A stretch of DNA of 63,063 nucleotides, the filler included, from Phoronis australis (lineage: Eukaryota; Animalia; Phoronida), in the NCBI GenBank assembly GCA_002633005.1. It is 8 parts of 8 records of this genome, joined end to end, with 100 filler letters (N's around TTAATTAATTAA, not from the genome) between each part and the next. Parts side by side here need not be neighbours in the genome. Positions count along the whole stretch, not along the records: positions 36,736 to 63,063 come from NMRA01000830.1; 7 more parts are not named here. The stretch is one strand, 5' to 3'. Under the pieces are notes generated by a model. It worked only from the letters and a program-made list of their open reading frames with translations, searched no databases and was not told where the DNA came from. The position numbers and the translations under genes were made by a program. Shown here piece by piece: positions 62,689 to 63,063 of this stretch (position 1 is the stretch's first letter; the number at the start of each line of letters is the position of its first letter).

Positions 62689-63063
62689 CTAATCGGAGTA
62701 TCTACTTGGTTTGCGAACTACTCGGCCTGATCTGGTGGTGACGACAGGCGAGGAAGTATGCTGCAGTGGTGGAGGCTCTTCAGCCGGCGAACAAGCTGGT
62801 GGTTGTTCAGGACTAGGAGGTGGTTCAGCTGAAGACTTCTCAGTAAGACTAGAAGAATTATCGGATCTAATAAATCTTCTGTTTCGACGGTACACTTTAC
62901 CATCTGTCTCAACCAGATATGAGCGATCTCCAACTTTTCCTACCAAGGAGCCTTTACTCCAAGGATATTTGGGATTCTGTGGCTGAAGTCTAACGTTGTC
63001 ACCAATCTGGAGCTCCGGCAGTGGTTTCGCATCTCGGTCGTAATGCTTCTTGGCAACCTGTCT
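62689..63063 (-). mobile_element. Gypsy pol C-terminus (integrase tail), runs off the window
   Basis: Open frame KKHYDRDAKPLPELQIGDNVRLQ...W...RSYLVETDGKVYRRNRRFIR...TTRSGRVVRKPSRYSD*. Confidence 0.88.

Overview
Repeat-rich, intron-containing animal DNA, most likely from a marine invertebrate (inferred from gene content and transposon types). The window is not one locus. Eight contigs are joined by identical artificial 100-nt spacers (N44-TTAATTAATTAA-N44), so adjacency across spacers means nothing. Recognisable host genes: one FTSJ3/Spb1 exon, the first coding exon of an SLC23-family transporter, six phase-compatible CPSF1 exons and a V-set-like Ig exon. The most interesting gene is a two-exon propeptide + Gla-like domain (10940-12913) whose intron falls at the same position as in vertebrate vitamin K-dependent proteins. 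A tentative three-exon small membrane protein lies on the minus strand of the last contig. The rest is dense transposon debris: Harbinger-, ISL2EU-, Tc2/pogo- and Academ-like non-autonomous elements (one Academ-like element nested in an older copy of itself), Helentron-associated-like elements, a TGT..ACA fold-back family carrying a tRNA-like cassette, THAP and tyrosine-recombinase remnants, a LINE 3' end, a 3'-truncated Copia with LTR and PBS, three Gypsy remnants and several minisatellites. There are no CRISPR arrays, rRNA or clearly functional tRNA genes. All calls were made by eye, without database searches.
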